From positions 1 to 62,966 of the IMG/VR virus record IMGVR_UViG_3300025864_000015: a stretch of DNA of 62,966 bases. One strand, 5' to 3'. Under the pieces are notes generated by a model that saw nothing but the letters and a program-made list of their open reading frames with translations, made no database searches and was not told the DNA's origin. Positions 19,329 through 27,772 of this stretch are shown in pieces. Within the stretch, counting starts at the first letter, position 1. Every line of letters begins with the position of its first letter. This DNA is from a virus (lineage: Duplodnaviria > Caudoviricetes). The position numbers and the translations under genes are program-made.

Positions 19329-19701
19329 TTCTCTGTCTCCGGTTGGCGACGATGCCGCCTTGCCTTCTCTGACACTGCACGCAGGACAGGCGCAGGGGAC
19401 CGTCTTCGGACCCGCCGGCGGCCACGGGAATTACGTGGTCAGCCGTCCACTCGCGAAGCGGAAGCGCCTTGCCGGTGTGGCATGTAGTACACACGGCAAA
19501 CCACACTCCATCCCCTAGGAACTCGCCGTGCGCGCCCAATGCGGACTCGACAAATTGCCGCCGACGCCGACGTTCATGAGCGTAGCCCGGTCGGCGGGTC
19601 CGCGTCGGGACTGCGTTCTGAAACGGACTGGGTTGATGCTCCGCGATGGCGCAGTTCAGCCGCCTGCAAACGCGGCATGGCGGCTTCGGCTTGCTTGCCA
19701 T
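19282..19701 (-). CDS. HNH endonuclease (packaging-associated)
   Basis: C..C...ADHVIP...GG.....L..SC..C; adjacent to terS. Confidence 0.75.
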   Translation of the reverse strand: MASKPKPPCRVCRRLNCAIAEHQPSPFQNAVPTRTRRPGYAHERRRRRQFVESALGAHGEFLGDGVWFAVCTTCHTGKALPLREWTADHVIPVAAGGSEDGPLRLSCVQCQRRQGGIVANRRQRNVQSSQAHSAPRSRG

Positions 19702-20343
19702 CTAAAGCATCACGCCCGCGAAGTCCATGGGGTGCGTCGCGTGCTTGTGTTCGTTGCAGGACGGACAGGATACGACGATGTTGCTCGGCCAATTGCTTCC
19801 GCCCAAAGCTAGCGGAACGACATGATCGGCGTGGTAAACGTCCGTAAGTTTCCCCCGTCGCGATTTGCATTCGTCGCTGGCCTGCCAGTAGCACCGACCG
19901 CGCTGACGATCAAGCTGCGCCCGCACGTCTTGGTCGGTATACAGTCCATCAGCCCCACGCACGCGAGCGCGGCGTGAGCGCCGGTAACCTCGCGCCTGCT
20001 CCATATGCTCCGCATGGTACTGGGCCGAATACGCGACGCACTCGTCACGGTGTGCGGCGTGATATGCACGCTGGTTGGTGGCCAGCTCGCGCCTGCGCCC
20101 CGCCCGGTAGGATGCCTTCTCGTCAATGATTGCTTCGCGGTGGTCCGCGTAGTACCTAGCCTTACATCGGGCAATCTCATCGCGATGGTCGGCCCGGTAC
20201 CGCGCGTTGCGTTCCGCGGTGCAGCGCCTGCAGTCCGGGCGCAACACGCTTCCGGCTCCGTTTTGGCGATTGAAGAACTCAGTCGTGGCAGGCTTGGGTT
20301 CTCCGCACTTGGTGCAAGCCTTGGCCGCGGGCTTACTCGGCAT
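19702..20343 (-). CDS. HNH homing endonuclease
   Basis: N-terminal CxxC...CxxC, Y.A.HR repeats, HADHVVPL..GGSN..SNI..SC..CN. Confidence 0.85.
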   Translation of the reverse strand: MPSKPAAKACTKCGEPKPATTEFFNRQNGAGSVLRPDCRRCTAERNARYRADHRDEIARCKARYYADHREAIIDEKASYRAGRRRELATNQRAYHAAHRDECVAYSAQYHAEHMEQARGYRRSRRARVRGADGLYTDQDVRAQLDRQRGRCYWQASDECKSRRGKLTDVYHADHVVPLALGGSNWPSNIVVSCPSCNEHKHATHPMDFAGVML

Positions 20344-20653
20344 CTAGGTCGCAGTAGCGATGTAGGCGCTTGGCCTCGTAGGCCGAGGGTGGCAAGCAGA
20401 AGCAGATGCGATCTGCGCAGCGTGTCGCGTTCATGCGCGTCAACTCGCATTGCTCCCATCTGTCTGACTTATTGTGCAGGGGGCTGGATGGATGGTATGA
20501 GTCGCCCCACATGCACTCTTCGAGCATGGCCGTCTCGTAATCGCCGGCCGCGTACAGACGCTCGATGCGACACAGGTGTGCCTCCTCATTGATGACCCGA
20601 AGGTGCGCCCTGTCAGCGGGCGAAAGCGTGGGGCTGTGCCTGTGTCGTGTCAT
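20333..20653 (-). CDS. Hypothetical protein
   Basis: Coupled ORF in the operon. Confidence 0.45.
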   Translation of the reverse strand: MTRHRHSPTLSPADRAHLRVINEEAHLCRIERLYAAGDYETAMLEECMWGDSYHPSSPLHNKSDRWEQCELTRMNATRCADRICFCLPPSAYEAKRLHRYCDLDAE

Positions 20654-20658
20654 GCGTC

Positions 20659-20949
20659 CTACTTATGTGTGGCTTTTATACACGCGGAGTCTTGTCGCAG
20701 CCTGAGAATGGCGCGCCTGTGCATCTCGGCAACGGCGTGATAGTTGCTCCCGATCAGCATGGCGATAGCGCCGAATGACACGCAGGACGAGTAGTGCATC
20801 TCAATCACCTCGCGCTGGCGGTCGGTCAAGACAGACAAGTCGACATTCGGAAAGTCCTCGTGCGCGCCCCTCACCGGGGCAACGTCACTTCGCCCGCCAC
20901 TTGCTCGCAGCCACGAGTCCGACACACAGCGCCAGCGCCAGGATCGCAA
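20659..20949 (-). CDS. Sigma-70 region-4-like HTH protein (candidate late regulator); start uncertain
   Basis: LTDRQREVIEMHY....SF..IA..IG.....V.....RA..RLR. Confidence 0.75.
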   Translation of the reverse strand: MRSWRWRCVSDSWLRASGGRSDVAPVRGAHEDFPNVDLSVLTDRQREVIEMHYSSCVSFGAIAMLIGSNYHAVAEMHRRAILRLRQDSACIKATHK

Positions 20950-21094
20950 CCACGATGATGGCCCCGATCCAGACCGGGGCCAGCACCCACCACCACGACC
21001 AGGCGATGACGCCAGTCAGCTTCAGGACGATGAACGCGACGGTGAGTAGGCCGACGAAGCCGATGCCGCCGCTCGATGTGGAGTTGTCCGTCAT
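20885..21094 (-). CDS. Small membrane protein of a common phage family
   Basis: GIGF.GLLT..FIVLKL.GVI.WSWWWVLAP.W. Confidence 0.75.
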   Translation of the reverse strand: MTDNSTSSGGIGFVGLLTVAFIVLKLTGVIAWSWWWVLAPVWIGAIIVVAILALALCVGLVAASKWRAK

Positions 21095-21345
21095 TCCGCG
21101 CCGACCCTCGCGACGCCAAAGATCTCGTCAAGGACGAAGAGGAGATATGGGGCACATTTCTGGCCGTAGGTCTCAGCCGTTTCCCGGAGCAGATGTACGG
21201 CCTCGGACATAAACCGCTCGGGTTCCTCTCGGTAGCGGCGATCCCATTCGGTAAAGGCCGCAGCCAGTTCGTCTTGCGAAACGATGATGGTCGGATTCGT
21301 CTCGGGCATAGTCGTCCTTTCGATGCGCATGGATATTGGATTCAT
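21091..21345 (-). CDS. Hypothetical protein
   Basis: First gene of the long minus-strand operon. Confidence 0.5.
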   Translation of the reverse strand: MNPISMRIERTTMPETNPTIIVSQDELAAAFTEWDRRYREEPERFMSEAVHLLRETAETYGQKCAPYLLFVLDEIFGVARVGAE

Positions 21346-21369
21346 TCTCGTCGCGGGCGGTCGTTGACG

Positions 21370-21383
21370 CTACAAGGAGTTGG
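21370..21383 (-). promoter_or_regulatory. Conserved 14-bp phage motif, copy 1
   Basis: ctacaaggagttgg on the plus strand; recurs at 29643, 29657 (inverted), 50409 and 57941. Confidence 0.7.
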
Positions 21384-21600
21384 GCGGGGATGCGGCTAGG
21401 CACGTGACCCCCCGACCCGCCAAGTGCGGCATCGTATCCCGTCTCCCCGAGGCAGGCGCAGGCCCCGACGCTACAACTTCCTCCCACCCCCACCCTACGC
21501 ATCTCGTTAGGCTCCCCTAACGCAGCCAATTAGGTTGCCCACTAGCATCGCGATAGGCAGAACGAATCCCGCCAGATCGTTGCGAGTCGAGCCTAAAGGG

Positions 21601-21637
21601 TTGCAGGGAATCGCCCGATGTGGGGTAAGGTATCGGC
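21601..21637 (+). promoter_or_regulatory. Putative housekeeping-sigma promoter for the early cluster
   Basis: TTGCAG-N19-TAAGGT, 6 nt before ATG 21638. Confidence 0.4.
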
Positions 21638-21856
21638 ATGGAATCAAACGCGACGCAAGGAGCAGGGACAATGACAGCACAGCACAAAGCCGAGAAGACG
21701 GCCCGACTGTTTGCCCATGCGGCAGCGCTCGAGGACTGGCGCAGGCTGGACGCACGCAACGAACTAGGCGCTGCAATGAAACTCGCCACCGTGCGCATGT
21801 ACGACGAGCAGCCGACAGCGGCGCCGCTTGTCGTCAACGTTGAGGTGATCCTGTGA
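21638..21856 (+). CDS. Small early-cluster protein
   Basis: First of a chain of overlapping plus-strand ORFs. Confidence 0.5.
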   Translation: MESNATQGAGTMTAQHKAEKTARLFAHAAALEDWRRLDARNELGAAMKLATVRMYDEQPTAAPLVVNVEVIL

Positions 21857-22020
21857 TCGTCCGCATAGACATCACGTTTGAGCATGAAGACGGCTCTACG
21901 CATCAGGCATCGGTGAATGAGGACGGCTGGCAACAATGGGGCGCCGACACTGCGACATGTGGCGAGTCTGTCGACCTGATAGACGCCATTCGCGATGCCT
22001 TCTATGAGCAGTTGTCGTGA
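21853..22020 (+). CDS. 55-aa acidic protein
   Basis: GTGA overlaps at both ends; not in the ORF track. Confidence 0.5.
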   Translation: MIVRIDITFEHEDGSTHQASVNEDGWQQWGADTATCGESVDLIDAIRDAFYEQLS

Positions 22021-22112
22021 TCGTCGACATCTGGACAACGCCAATCGGTACCCTGCTTTGGGTCCTGTTCAATGCAGGATCCTCGCTTGGGTCCCTGTTC
22101 ATAGGAGCGTGA
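22017..22112 (+). CDS. 31-aa hydrophobic peptide
   Basis: MIVDIWTTPIGTLLWVLFNAGSSLGSLFIGA; GTGA coupling. Confidence 0.4.
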   Translation: MIVDIWTTPIGTLLWVLFNAGSSLGSLFIGA

Positions 22113-22115
22113 ACG

Positions 22116-22418
22116 ATGAACTGCACTACCGACCCACGACGGATTCGCACAGTGTGCGATGAAGCAACCAAGACACTGGACAGGCTCGCATCTAAGCCGA
22201 ATCGCTGCATGGCAGAAGACGACGCTCTGTCCTGTGCTCGCGCGACGCTTCGCACATATGCCGACCTGTATGGACAAGACACGTGCTACGGATGCACGCA
22301 CTTGGCGCGTCGCAGCACAGTCAATCGCTACGGTGAGTGTGCTGCAGATAGCACCACCCGGTATGTCGACTTCGGTATCAGCAAGTGCGACAAGTACAAC
22401 GAAAGGACTACAGCATGA
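22116..22418 (+). CDS. Cys-rich hypothetical protein
   Basis: AGGAG RBS; C..C.H...C...C. Confidence 0.55.
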   Translation: MNCTTDPRRIRTVCDEATKTLDRLASKPNRCMAEDDALSCARATLRTYADLYGQDTCYGCTHLARRSTVNRYGECAADSTTRYVDFGISKCDKYNERTTA

Positions 22419-23182
22419 GCACGCGCGCATTGCTTCTCTACTATGACCACGAGCCTGGACAGGACGAACAGACAACAGGCGCGGCAGGCGCGATACACAT
22501 AGGGTCGGATGGCTACCCTATGTCGGGTGGCGTGCGCACTCACAAGCGCACGAACACAGGGCTCGTGCGTCTGGACACCCCCGAACTGTGGACGGGCGGA
22601 GTGCTCACCGACCTACAGCAGGCACGCGAAGCAGCCGAGCAGGCGTTCGGCTCCTGTGTGCCAGACGTGCGCTACCTAGTATGCGCGCTAGTGGCGGCCC
22701 GCATCGCGTACCTGCGCACGACCGATATGGACGCCATGGCATGGGCGCCGCTTGATGCCCGCCCTTCACTGTCCTTTGACCATGAGTACGTGTATCAGGT
22801 CTGGAATGGTCCGCTCGCTGTGCCGCGCGTCCGTGTCCTTAGCGGCCCGCAGCACATGCCGCGCGATATCACATACACCACGTCTCTCGGCTCCTGCGTC
22901 GAGCATGAGTGCGGCTCCATAACGGAACTGTACGCGACGCACCGCTCGGCTTTGTCTGCCGAGCACGCTATCGGGCTCGGTCTCAAGGACCCAACAGAGA
23001 AGGACCTGCGCAGGTTCGCGAAGCTGGAGGAACTGCATATCCGCAAGCTACGGGAGAACGCCAAAGGCTATCTGTACCACGTCACGAGCACGGGCCCGCG
23101 TGCGGCGAGTATGTGGGCACGCAACGAGCGCGAGGCATGGGACCTGATAGACGGACGCACGGCATGGGAGCAGGCAGCATGA
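22415..23182 (+). CDS. Hypothetical protein
   Basis: GAAAGGA RBS, ATGA coupling; H.DGYP-like and EY.Y motifs. Confidence 0.6.
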   Translation: MSTRALLLYYDHEPGQDEQTTGAAGAIHIGSDGYPMSGGVRTHKRTNTGLVRLDTPELWTGGVLTDLQQAREAAEQAFGSCVPDVRYLVCALVAARIAYLRTTDMDAMAWAPLDARPSLSFDHEYVYQVWNGPLAVPRVRVLSGPQHMPRDITYTTSLGSCVEHECGSITELYATHRSALSAEHAIGLGLKDPTEKDLRRFAKLEELHIRKLRENAKGYLYHVTSTGPRAASMWARNEREAWDLIDGRTAWEQAA

Positions 23183-23463
23183 AGGCCGACGTATCCACCA
23201 CCAGTTACCCGGAAGGCAACGGCACACGCTACGTCAAGGACGAGCTGATCGTCTACGGCACACACGACAACTGTCACCCGAACGCACACACGCAACACGT
23301 CGGCATTCGTCGTTATTCCCTTTGGGTATCTAGCCAATTCGGAGACGGAGCCCTGACACGTGACCACGTGTTCTGCGACCACCACGAGAACGACACGCAC
23401 ACCGTCGACAGGTGCCTACGTTCTGACGTGTCTATGTGGCTGCCTATCGTCACGACGTCTTGA
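23179..23463 (+). CDS. Hypothetical protein
   Basis: ATGA coupling; MKADVSTTSYPEG start. Confidence 0.45.
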   Translation: MKADVSTTSYPEGNGTRYVKDELIVYGTHDNCHPNAHTQHVGIRRYSLWVSSQFGDGALTRDHVFCDHHENDTHTVDRCLRSDVSMWLPIVTTS

Positions 23464-23549
23464 CGCCACGACGAAACGGCGCCACGTCGGCGCCGTCGCC
23501 CGGGATTGGTACCCGGGCATGATTAGTAACCACGGCGAAGGGAGCGAAA

Positions 23550-24134
23550 ATGGCAACGGCGGAGAAGCAGTATCTGGCATGCACCGAAACGGCAAAGCTG
23601 GTACGCGGGACTCTGAAAAGGGAGTTTCCGGGCATCAAGTTCAGTGTTCGGTCGCGGCACGGAACGTCGATACAAATCGAATGGCAAGACGGACCGACCA
23701 AGCGGGACGTGGACGCAGTTGTCGGCGCCTATGCGGGCGGAGGCTTTGACGGAACGATCGACCTGGCCTATAGCGTCGAGACGTGGCTCGAGCCCGACGG
23801 GACTGCGTCCTACGGGTACAGCGGCGGGACAACGGGCAGCAGGGGCGCCGATGACGGGTACGCATTCGCGCCACCGTCGCCTGATGCAATCCTGGTGCAC
23901 TTCGGCGCTAACTACGTCTTCACAGAACGCACCTACTCCGAGGGACTGGCGCGCAAGGTGCGTGACGAGCTCGCCGCGGATTGGTCGCAGGTTCCCGGAG
24001 ACTTCCCGGAGGTGCGCGAGGGGCACGACGGCTGGTACCTCGACTGGGAACATCCCGCATACCTCGGCCGCGGCCCGGGAGGCTGCGACCCTTCGCGCCT
24101 GTTCATGCGCGCGGCGGAAGGGATCGAGCCATGA
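23550..24134 (+). CDS. LPD29-like (large polyvalent protein-associated domain) protein
   Basis: TAKLVR..LK..FPGIKFSVRS...I.W.DGPT...V......GG.FDG..D. Confidence 0.75.
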   Translation: MATAEKQYLACTETAKLVRGTLKREFPGIKFSVRSRHGTSIQIEWQDGPTKRDVDAVVGAYAGGGFDGTIDLAYSVETWLEPDGTASYGYSGGTTGSRGADDGYAFAPPSPDAILVHFGANYVFTERTYSEGLARKVRDELAADWSQVPGDFPEVREGHDGWYLDWEHPAYLGRGPGGCDPSRLFMRAAEGIEP

Positions 24135-24544
24135 TAGGCAGCAAGCGCGCACGCTATCGCGCGGCAGTCGACGCAGCTGCGGCCGGCCGGAACCCAAACG
24201 ACGCAGTAACCGACAACTACAGCAAGCTTGACGTGCTGGCCATTGCTATCACTGGCAAGGTCGGAACAATGAAATTCACGCTCGGGATCCTCTGCGTGAC
24301 GTTCCTTTGGATTGGCTATAACTGCCTTGCGGCTTCGTTCGGCTGGCCGCAGTTTGACGAGCTGCCTTCCCTGGTCATTTACCTGCTAGCTGTAAACGTC
24401 TTCGGTACCATCCTGATGCCGTTGCTGATGGTGGGTCAGAACATGCAAGCGCGGCAGTCGGAAGCCAAAGCAGAGCAGGACTACGCGAATAACAAGAGAG
24501 CTGTGGAGATCCTCGAGCAGCTCGCGAAGGGTGACACGGCATGA
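24131..24544 (+). CDS. DUF1003-like membrane protein
   Basis: D..A..IT..VGT..F...W..FD..P.....L.........P..M..QN......A..DY..N. Confidence 0.7.
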   Translation: MIGSKRARYRAAVDAAAAGRNPNDAVTDNYSKLDVLAIAITGKVGTMKFTLGILCVTFLWIGYNCLAASFGWPQFDELPSLVIYLLAVNVFGTILMPLLMVGQNMQARQSEAKAEQDYANNKRAVEILEQLAKGDTA

Positions 24545-24621
24545 TCCTGACAATGCTCATACTGTACGTTTGGGCCTGGGTCCTGTTGTGGCTCCTGCTA
24601 AAACACGTGTTCCACTGGTAG
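24541..24621 (+). CDS. 26-aa hydrophobic peptide
   Basis: MILTMLILYVWAWVLLWLLLKHVFHW; ATGA coupling. Confidence 0.4.
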   Translation: MILTMLILYVWAWVLLWLLLKHVFHW

Positions 24622-24642
24622 ATCGACAACGGAGGCAGAGCA

Positions 24643-24915
24643 ATGAGCAAGCACACACCTGGCCCGTGGACGTCCAGAGAAGCCTACGACAACGGCGAGC
24701 CCTGCGGCATGGTGATCGGGCCAATGGGATACGACATCGCGACGAGTAATGAGGACGAGAACCGTGCGAACGCCAGGCTTATCGCCGCGGCGCCCGAGAT
24801 GCTCGCCGCACTCTCTGCCATTGTGGAAGCTGGCCGCATGTCTAGCTCGCAACGCGCGGTCTACTGCGCCGATATAGCTCGATCCGCCATTGCGAGGATT
24901 GACATAGGGGACTGA
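24643..24915 (+). CDS. Conserved phage hypothetical protein
   Basis: MSKHTPGPW...ANARLIAAAPEML; GGAGG RBS. Confidence 0.75.
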   Translation: MSKHTPGPWTSREAYDNGEPCGMVIGPMGYDIATSNEDENRANARLIAAAPEMLAALSAIVEAGRMSSSQRAVYCADIARSAIARIDIGD

Positions 24916-24974
24916 CGCGCGCCACATAGCGAGCGATTCGGCCGCCCCGCGCGGCCGTTTCGCGTTAAGGGCTC

Positions 24975-25110
24975 GCCGCTTAGAGCTCTAGCGCGAGCCC
25001 GCAGGCGGGCGACTCCTACCCTTGCCGACCTGCCCGCGTCGCGCCTACGGGCCTTGTGGCGTTTCGGATTCGGCAACGGGGCGCCGATTCGGCCGCTTAG
25101 AGCTCTAGCG
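24975..25110. repeat. Two copies of 19-bp GCCGCTTAGAGCTCTAGCG with palindromic core TAGAGCTCTA
   Basis: 24975-24993 and 25092-25110 are identical. Confidence 0.85.
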
Positions 25111-25548
25111 GGCGATTCTAGGCGCCGCAGGGGCCGCGCGATACATCATGCGACCACGGCGCCGCGCGAGCGATGCGGGGCAGCATGGGGCGACCTGCGG
25201 GTATCGGGCGCGGTACCAGGACAACGGCCAGCAACGGGAACAGCACCTAGCGCGCTATCGGCAGGGCGCGAGCTGGCCAGATCGTCGCGAACAACGGCAA
25301 AACGGCCTGCTTAACAAAACTACATAAACGGCGTTTTCGGTAGTGTTGTCATCGTCGTATTTGCGCGCGCAATGGCTTATACTTGCCGGTGCAAGCAGGA
25401 CTGCGGCGGTCTTGATGGGCACCGAAACGGGCATCGATCTTGGGCCGGGATTGTCAATATCTGTACAGTTTTTGGTTCGGTTCTGTCGATTTCTGTGCAG
25501 TTTTTCCGGCGCGAAATCCGCAAACCAGTTTCGCCGCAAACCGATCTG

Positions 25549-25563
25549 TGGTAATCTCGCCCC
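25549..25563 (+). promoter_or_regulatory. Extended -10 promoter giving a leaderless mRNA
   Basis: TGg-TAATCT-N6-ATG, no SD sequence. Confidence 0.6.
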
Positions 25564-25749
25564 ATGAGATTCGCTATAAGGGGAATCACGGCCGCCGGAG
25601 CCGCCGCCATCCTTGGCGTTCACAAGTCGACGGTTACCAGGTGGATAGCCGCCGGGAAGTTGCCCGCACAGCGCTCCCCCGGCGGCCACTACCGGATTCG
25701 GCCTAGTGACGTGGCGAAGATGGAGCGCCGGCAACGCGGATGTTCATAA
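25564..25749 (+). CDS. Excisionase-like HTH protein
   Basis: AAAILGVH.STV.RWI.AGKLPA.R.PGGHYRI..SDV. Confidence 0.85.
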   Translation: MRFAIRGITAAGAAAILGVHKSTVTRWIAAGKLPAQRSPGGHYRIRPSDVAKMERRQRGCS

Positions 25750-26082
25750 TCCGTACTCCTGTCGCATGCGCTCCCAAAACTTAGGAGCTTCAACGGCGAC
25801 GATAGCCCGCGTCTCCTGATTCAGCGCCCACGTCTCGCCCTGGTTGTCCATGCGCCTGTGGTGGATGGCGCAGCCCGGCGCACCCTCGTCGAATGCCCAT
25901 GATGCGTTGTGTCCACCATGGCCGCGGTGACGGGGCCAGTGACAGAAACAAGTGGGCGTCGCCTCACAGCCGGGGATAATGCAGGGCAGTTCCCGATACA
26001 AAAGGCGGTACGTCTCGTCGGGCTTGGCCTTCCGCCGCTTCGTCTTCCCCGGTTTGGGAATCGGCGCGCAGGTGTCGCTCAC
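25744..26082 (-). CDS. DUF968/NinG-like Cys-His putative nuclease
   Basis: LPC...GC......H....G.G.......P.C..HH...D. Confidence 0.5.
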   Translation of the reverse strand: MSDTCAPIPKPGKTKRRKAKPDETYRLLYRELPCIIPGCEATPTCFCHWPRHRGHGGHNASWAFDEGAPGCAIHHRRMDNQGETWALNQETRAIVAVEAPKFWERMRQEYGL

Positions 26083-27107
26083 CCCGCCACACACGCCAAC
26101 TTCTGCGCCCCAGAGTCCGCCGCCTTCAGCGGTGAGTCTTCGAGCAGGTGGTCGCGCACTAGCCCGCTGACGATCTCCGTGCGGGCGTTGCTCCACTTGA
26201 GGTACGCGGCCAGCTTGCGCACCATCTCGTAGCCCAACATGTCGTGCTTGATGTAGTTGCTGCGATCTGGCCGCTCCGTGCGCGTCGCCGGCTTGCCGAT
26301 GTCGTGCAGGAGCGCCGCCCAGCGGATGCTCGGCTCAGGCGGCGTCGCCTCGACCACGCGGCAGGTGTGCTCCCAGAGCGTGAAGTCGTGGTGCGGCGTG
26401 TTCTGGTCGTAGCCGACCTGCACCGCCAGCTCCGGCAGGATGAAGTTGAGTAGGCGAGTCTCCCGGAGCACCCCGAGTCCATGCTTGACGTTGGGGCCGC
26501 ACAGCAGTTTGTCCATCTCCGCCATCCACCGCTCCCGGCTCACGCCCAGCACCTTGTACGACAGTTCGCGGGCGTGCTTCATGGTTGTCGGCTCCGCCAC
26601 GAACCCCAGTTGCGACGCGAATCGCGCCAGCCGCAGTATCCTGAGCGGATCTTCGCGGAAGCGGTGTGACGGCGTGCCGACGGCGCGCAGGATGCCCTCC
26701 GTGAGATCGTCCTGTCCGCCGAATGGGTCGATGAGCCGGCGCCCACGCATCGCCATGGCGTTGATCGTGAAGTCTCGGCGGCTCAGGTCGTGGGTGATGT
26801 TGCTGACGAACACGACCGCGGGTTTGCGACTCCCCGCCGTGTACTTCTCCGAGCGAAACGTGGTGATCTCGACGTAGCGCCACTCGCCTCCCACGTTGAC
26901 CTTCAGGCCGACCGTGCCAAATCGGCTGCCGACGAGATACGGCTTGCGGCCGGCGGCACGGACTAGCGCCTCAACCTCGGCGGGCAAGAGCGGCGTACTG
27001 AAGTCATAATCCTTCGGCTCGCTGCCGAGCACCTGGTCGCGCACGGCCCCGCCGACGAGGTAGACGGGCGAAACGATCTCGGCGACGGTATCGTAGACGG
27101 CTGTCAA
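26079..27107 (-). CDS. cca: Class II CCA-adding tRNA nucleotidyltransferase with C-terminal HD domain
   Basis: YLVGGAVRD..LG..PKDYD, EITTFRSE, DL.RRDFTINAM, EDPLRILR, SRER, H..AALLHDIGK..H..H..AD; TTG start overlaps the upstream stop. Confidence 0.9.
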   Translation of the reverse strand: MTAVYDTVAEIVSPVYLVGGAVRDQVLGSEPKDYDFSTPLLPAEVEALVRAAGRKPYLVGSRFGTVGLKVNVGGEWRYVEITTFRSEKYTAGSRKPAVVFVSNITHDLSRRDFTINAMAMRGRRLIDPFGGQDDLTEGILRAVGTPSHRFREDPLRILRLARFASQLGFVAEPTTMKHARELSYKVLGVSRERWMAEMDKLLCGPNVKHGLGVLRETRLLNFILPELAVQVGYDQNTPHHDFTLWEHTCRVVEATPPEPSIRWAALLHDIGKPATRTERPDRSNYIKHDMLGYEMVRKLAAYLKWSNARTEIVSGLVRDHLLEDSPLKAADSGAQKLACVAG

Positions 27108-27772
27108 TTCATCCCCCGGATTTCCAGTAGTAGTTCGTTGACGACTGCGTACTCCGGCTCCACGGGCAGCGGTGAGTCGATGCCGTCCATCTCGGCCATC
27201 GCCGCTTGAAACCATGCCCGCAGTTCTGCGACGGGCAGCGTCCCTAGGTCGAACAATTCGTCGCGGTCCTTGACGCGGATGTCGAGCGTGCCATCGCGGA
27301 GCAACTGCGCGCCTTGCTGGCAGAGACGGCCAAGGTGACGGGCGTGCTTCTCGTAACGCTTCGTGACCTTGGGGCCGAAGCCGACCATCCCCTGCCGTTC
27401 GCGCGTCTCAAGTTTCTTCATCTGCTGGATCGCGTAGCCGCCGTATGTCTGCCGGACGCGCTGCGACAGGAACGCGAGGCGGTTGTGCGTCAGCAAGCCG
27501 CCCTCGGCGGTCAGCGTCGGGTAGTCGTTGAGAAACAACTGCTCGATAATGCTCGGATTGCCGGCCAGCGCCAAGCGGATGAACTTGCCGACCTCGTGCA
27601 GCACCGTCTCGTGGCCTGTATCGTCGACCGTCTCCGGGCCGCGGAACTTCGGCAGGCCGAGGATGGTGTCCGTGGGATAGACGAAGACGCCGCGCCAGTC
27701 TTCGTCGGAGTCCGGCGTATCGAGGCCGTATGCCTTGCTGCCGGCGAGTCCGAGCAGAATGGTCCGTCTCAC
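27104..27772 (-). CDS. Pol-beta superfamily nucleotidyltransferase (RlaP/YcgL-like)
   Basis: GS.AYGLDTPDSD.D.RGVF, E..KF..LAL.GNP.I.E.L, Y.GYA..Q, K.A.HL.RL. Confidence 0.85.
   Translation of the reverse strand: MRRTILLGLAGSKAYGLDTPDSDEDWRGVFVYPTDTILGLPKFRGPETVDDTGHETVLHEVGKFIRLALAGNPSIIEQLFLNDYPTLTAEGGLLTHNRLAFLSQRVRQTYGGYAIQQMKKLETRERQGMVGFGPKVTKRYEKHARHLGRLCQQGAQLLRDGTLDIRVKDRDELFDLGTLPVAELRAWFQAAMAEMDGIDSPLPVEPEYAVVNELLLEIRGMN

Noticed and set aside
21381-21422. GC hairpin ending in CCGCCA, superficially tRNA-like
   Set aside because: Too short, no T-loop, D-loop or cloverleaf, and the CC of CCA would be paired
21466-21480. gacgctacaacttcc (and cctacaactatcc near 47276) as extra copies of the 14-bp motif
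   Set aside because: Only the CTACAA half matches; both are better read as ordinary -10 elements (TAGCGT, TAGGGT)
24975-25110. Two 19-bp palindromic repeats as a mini-CRISPR array
   Set aside because: Only two copies, repeat too short, 98-nt spacer too long, no cas genes
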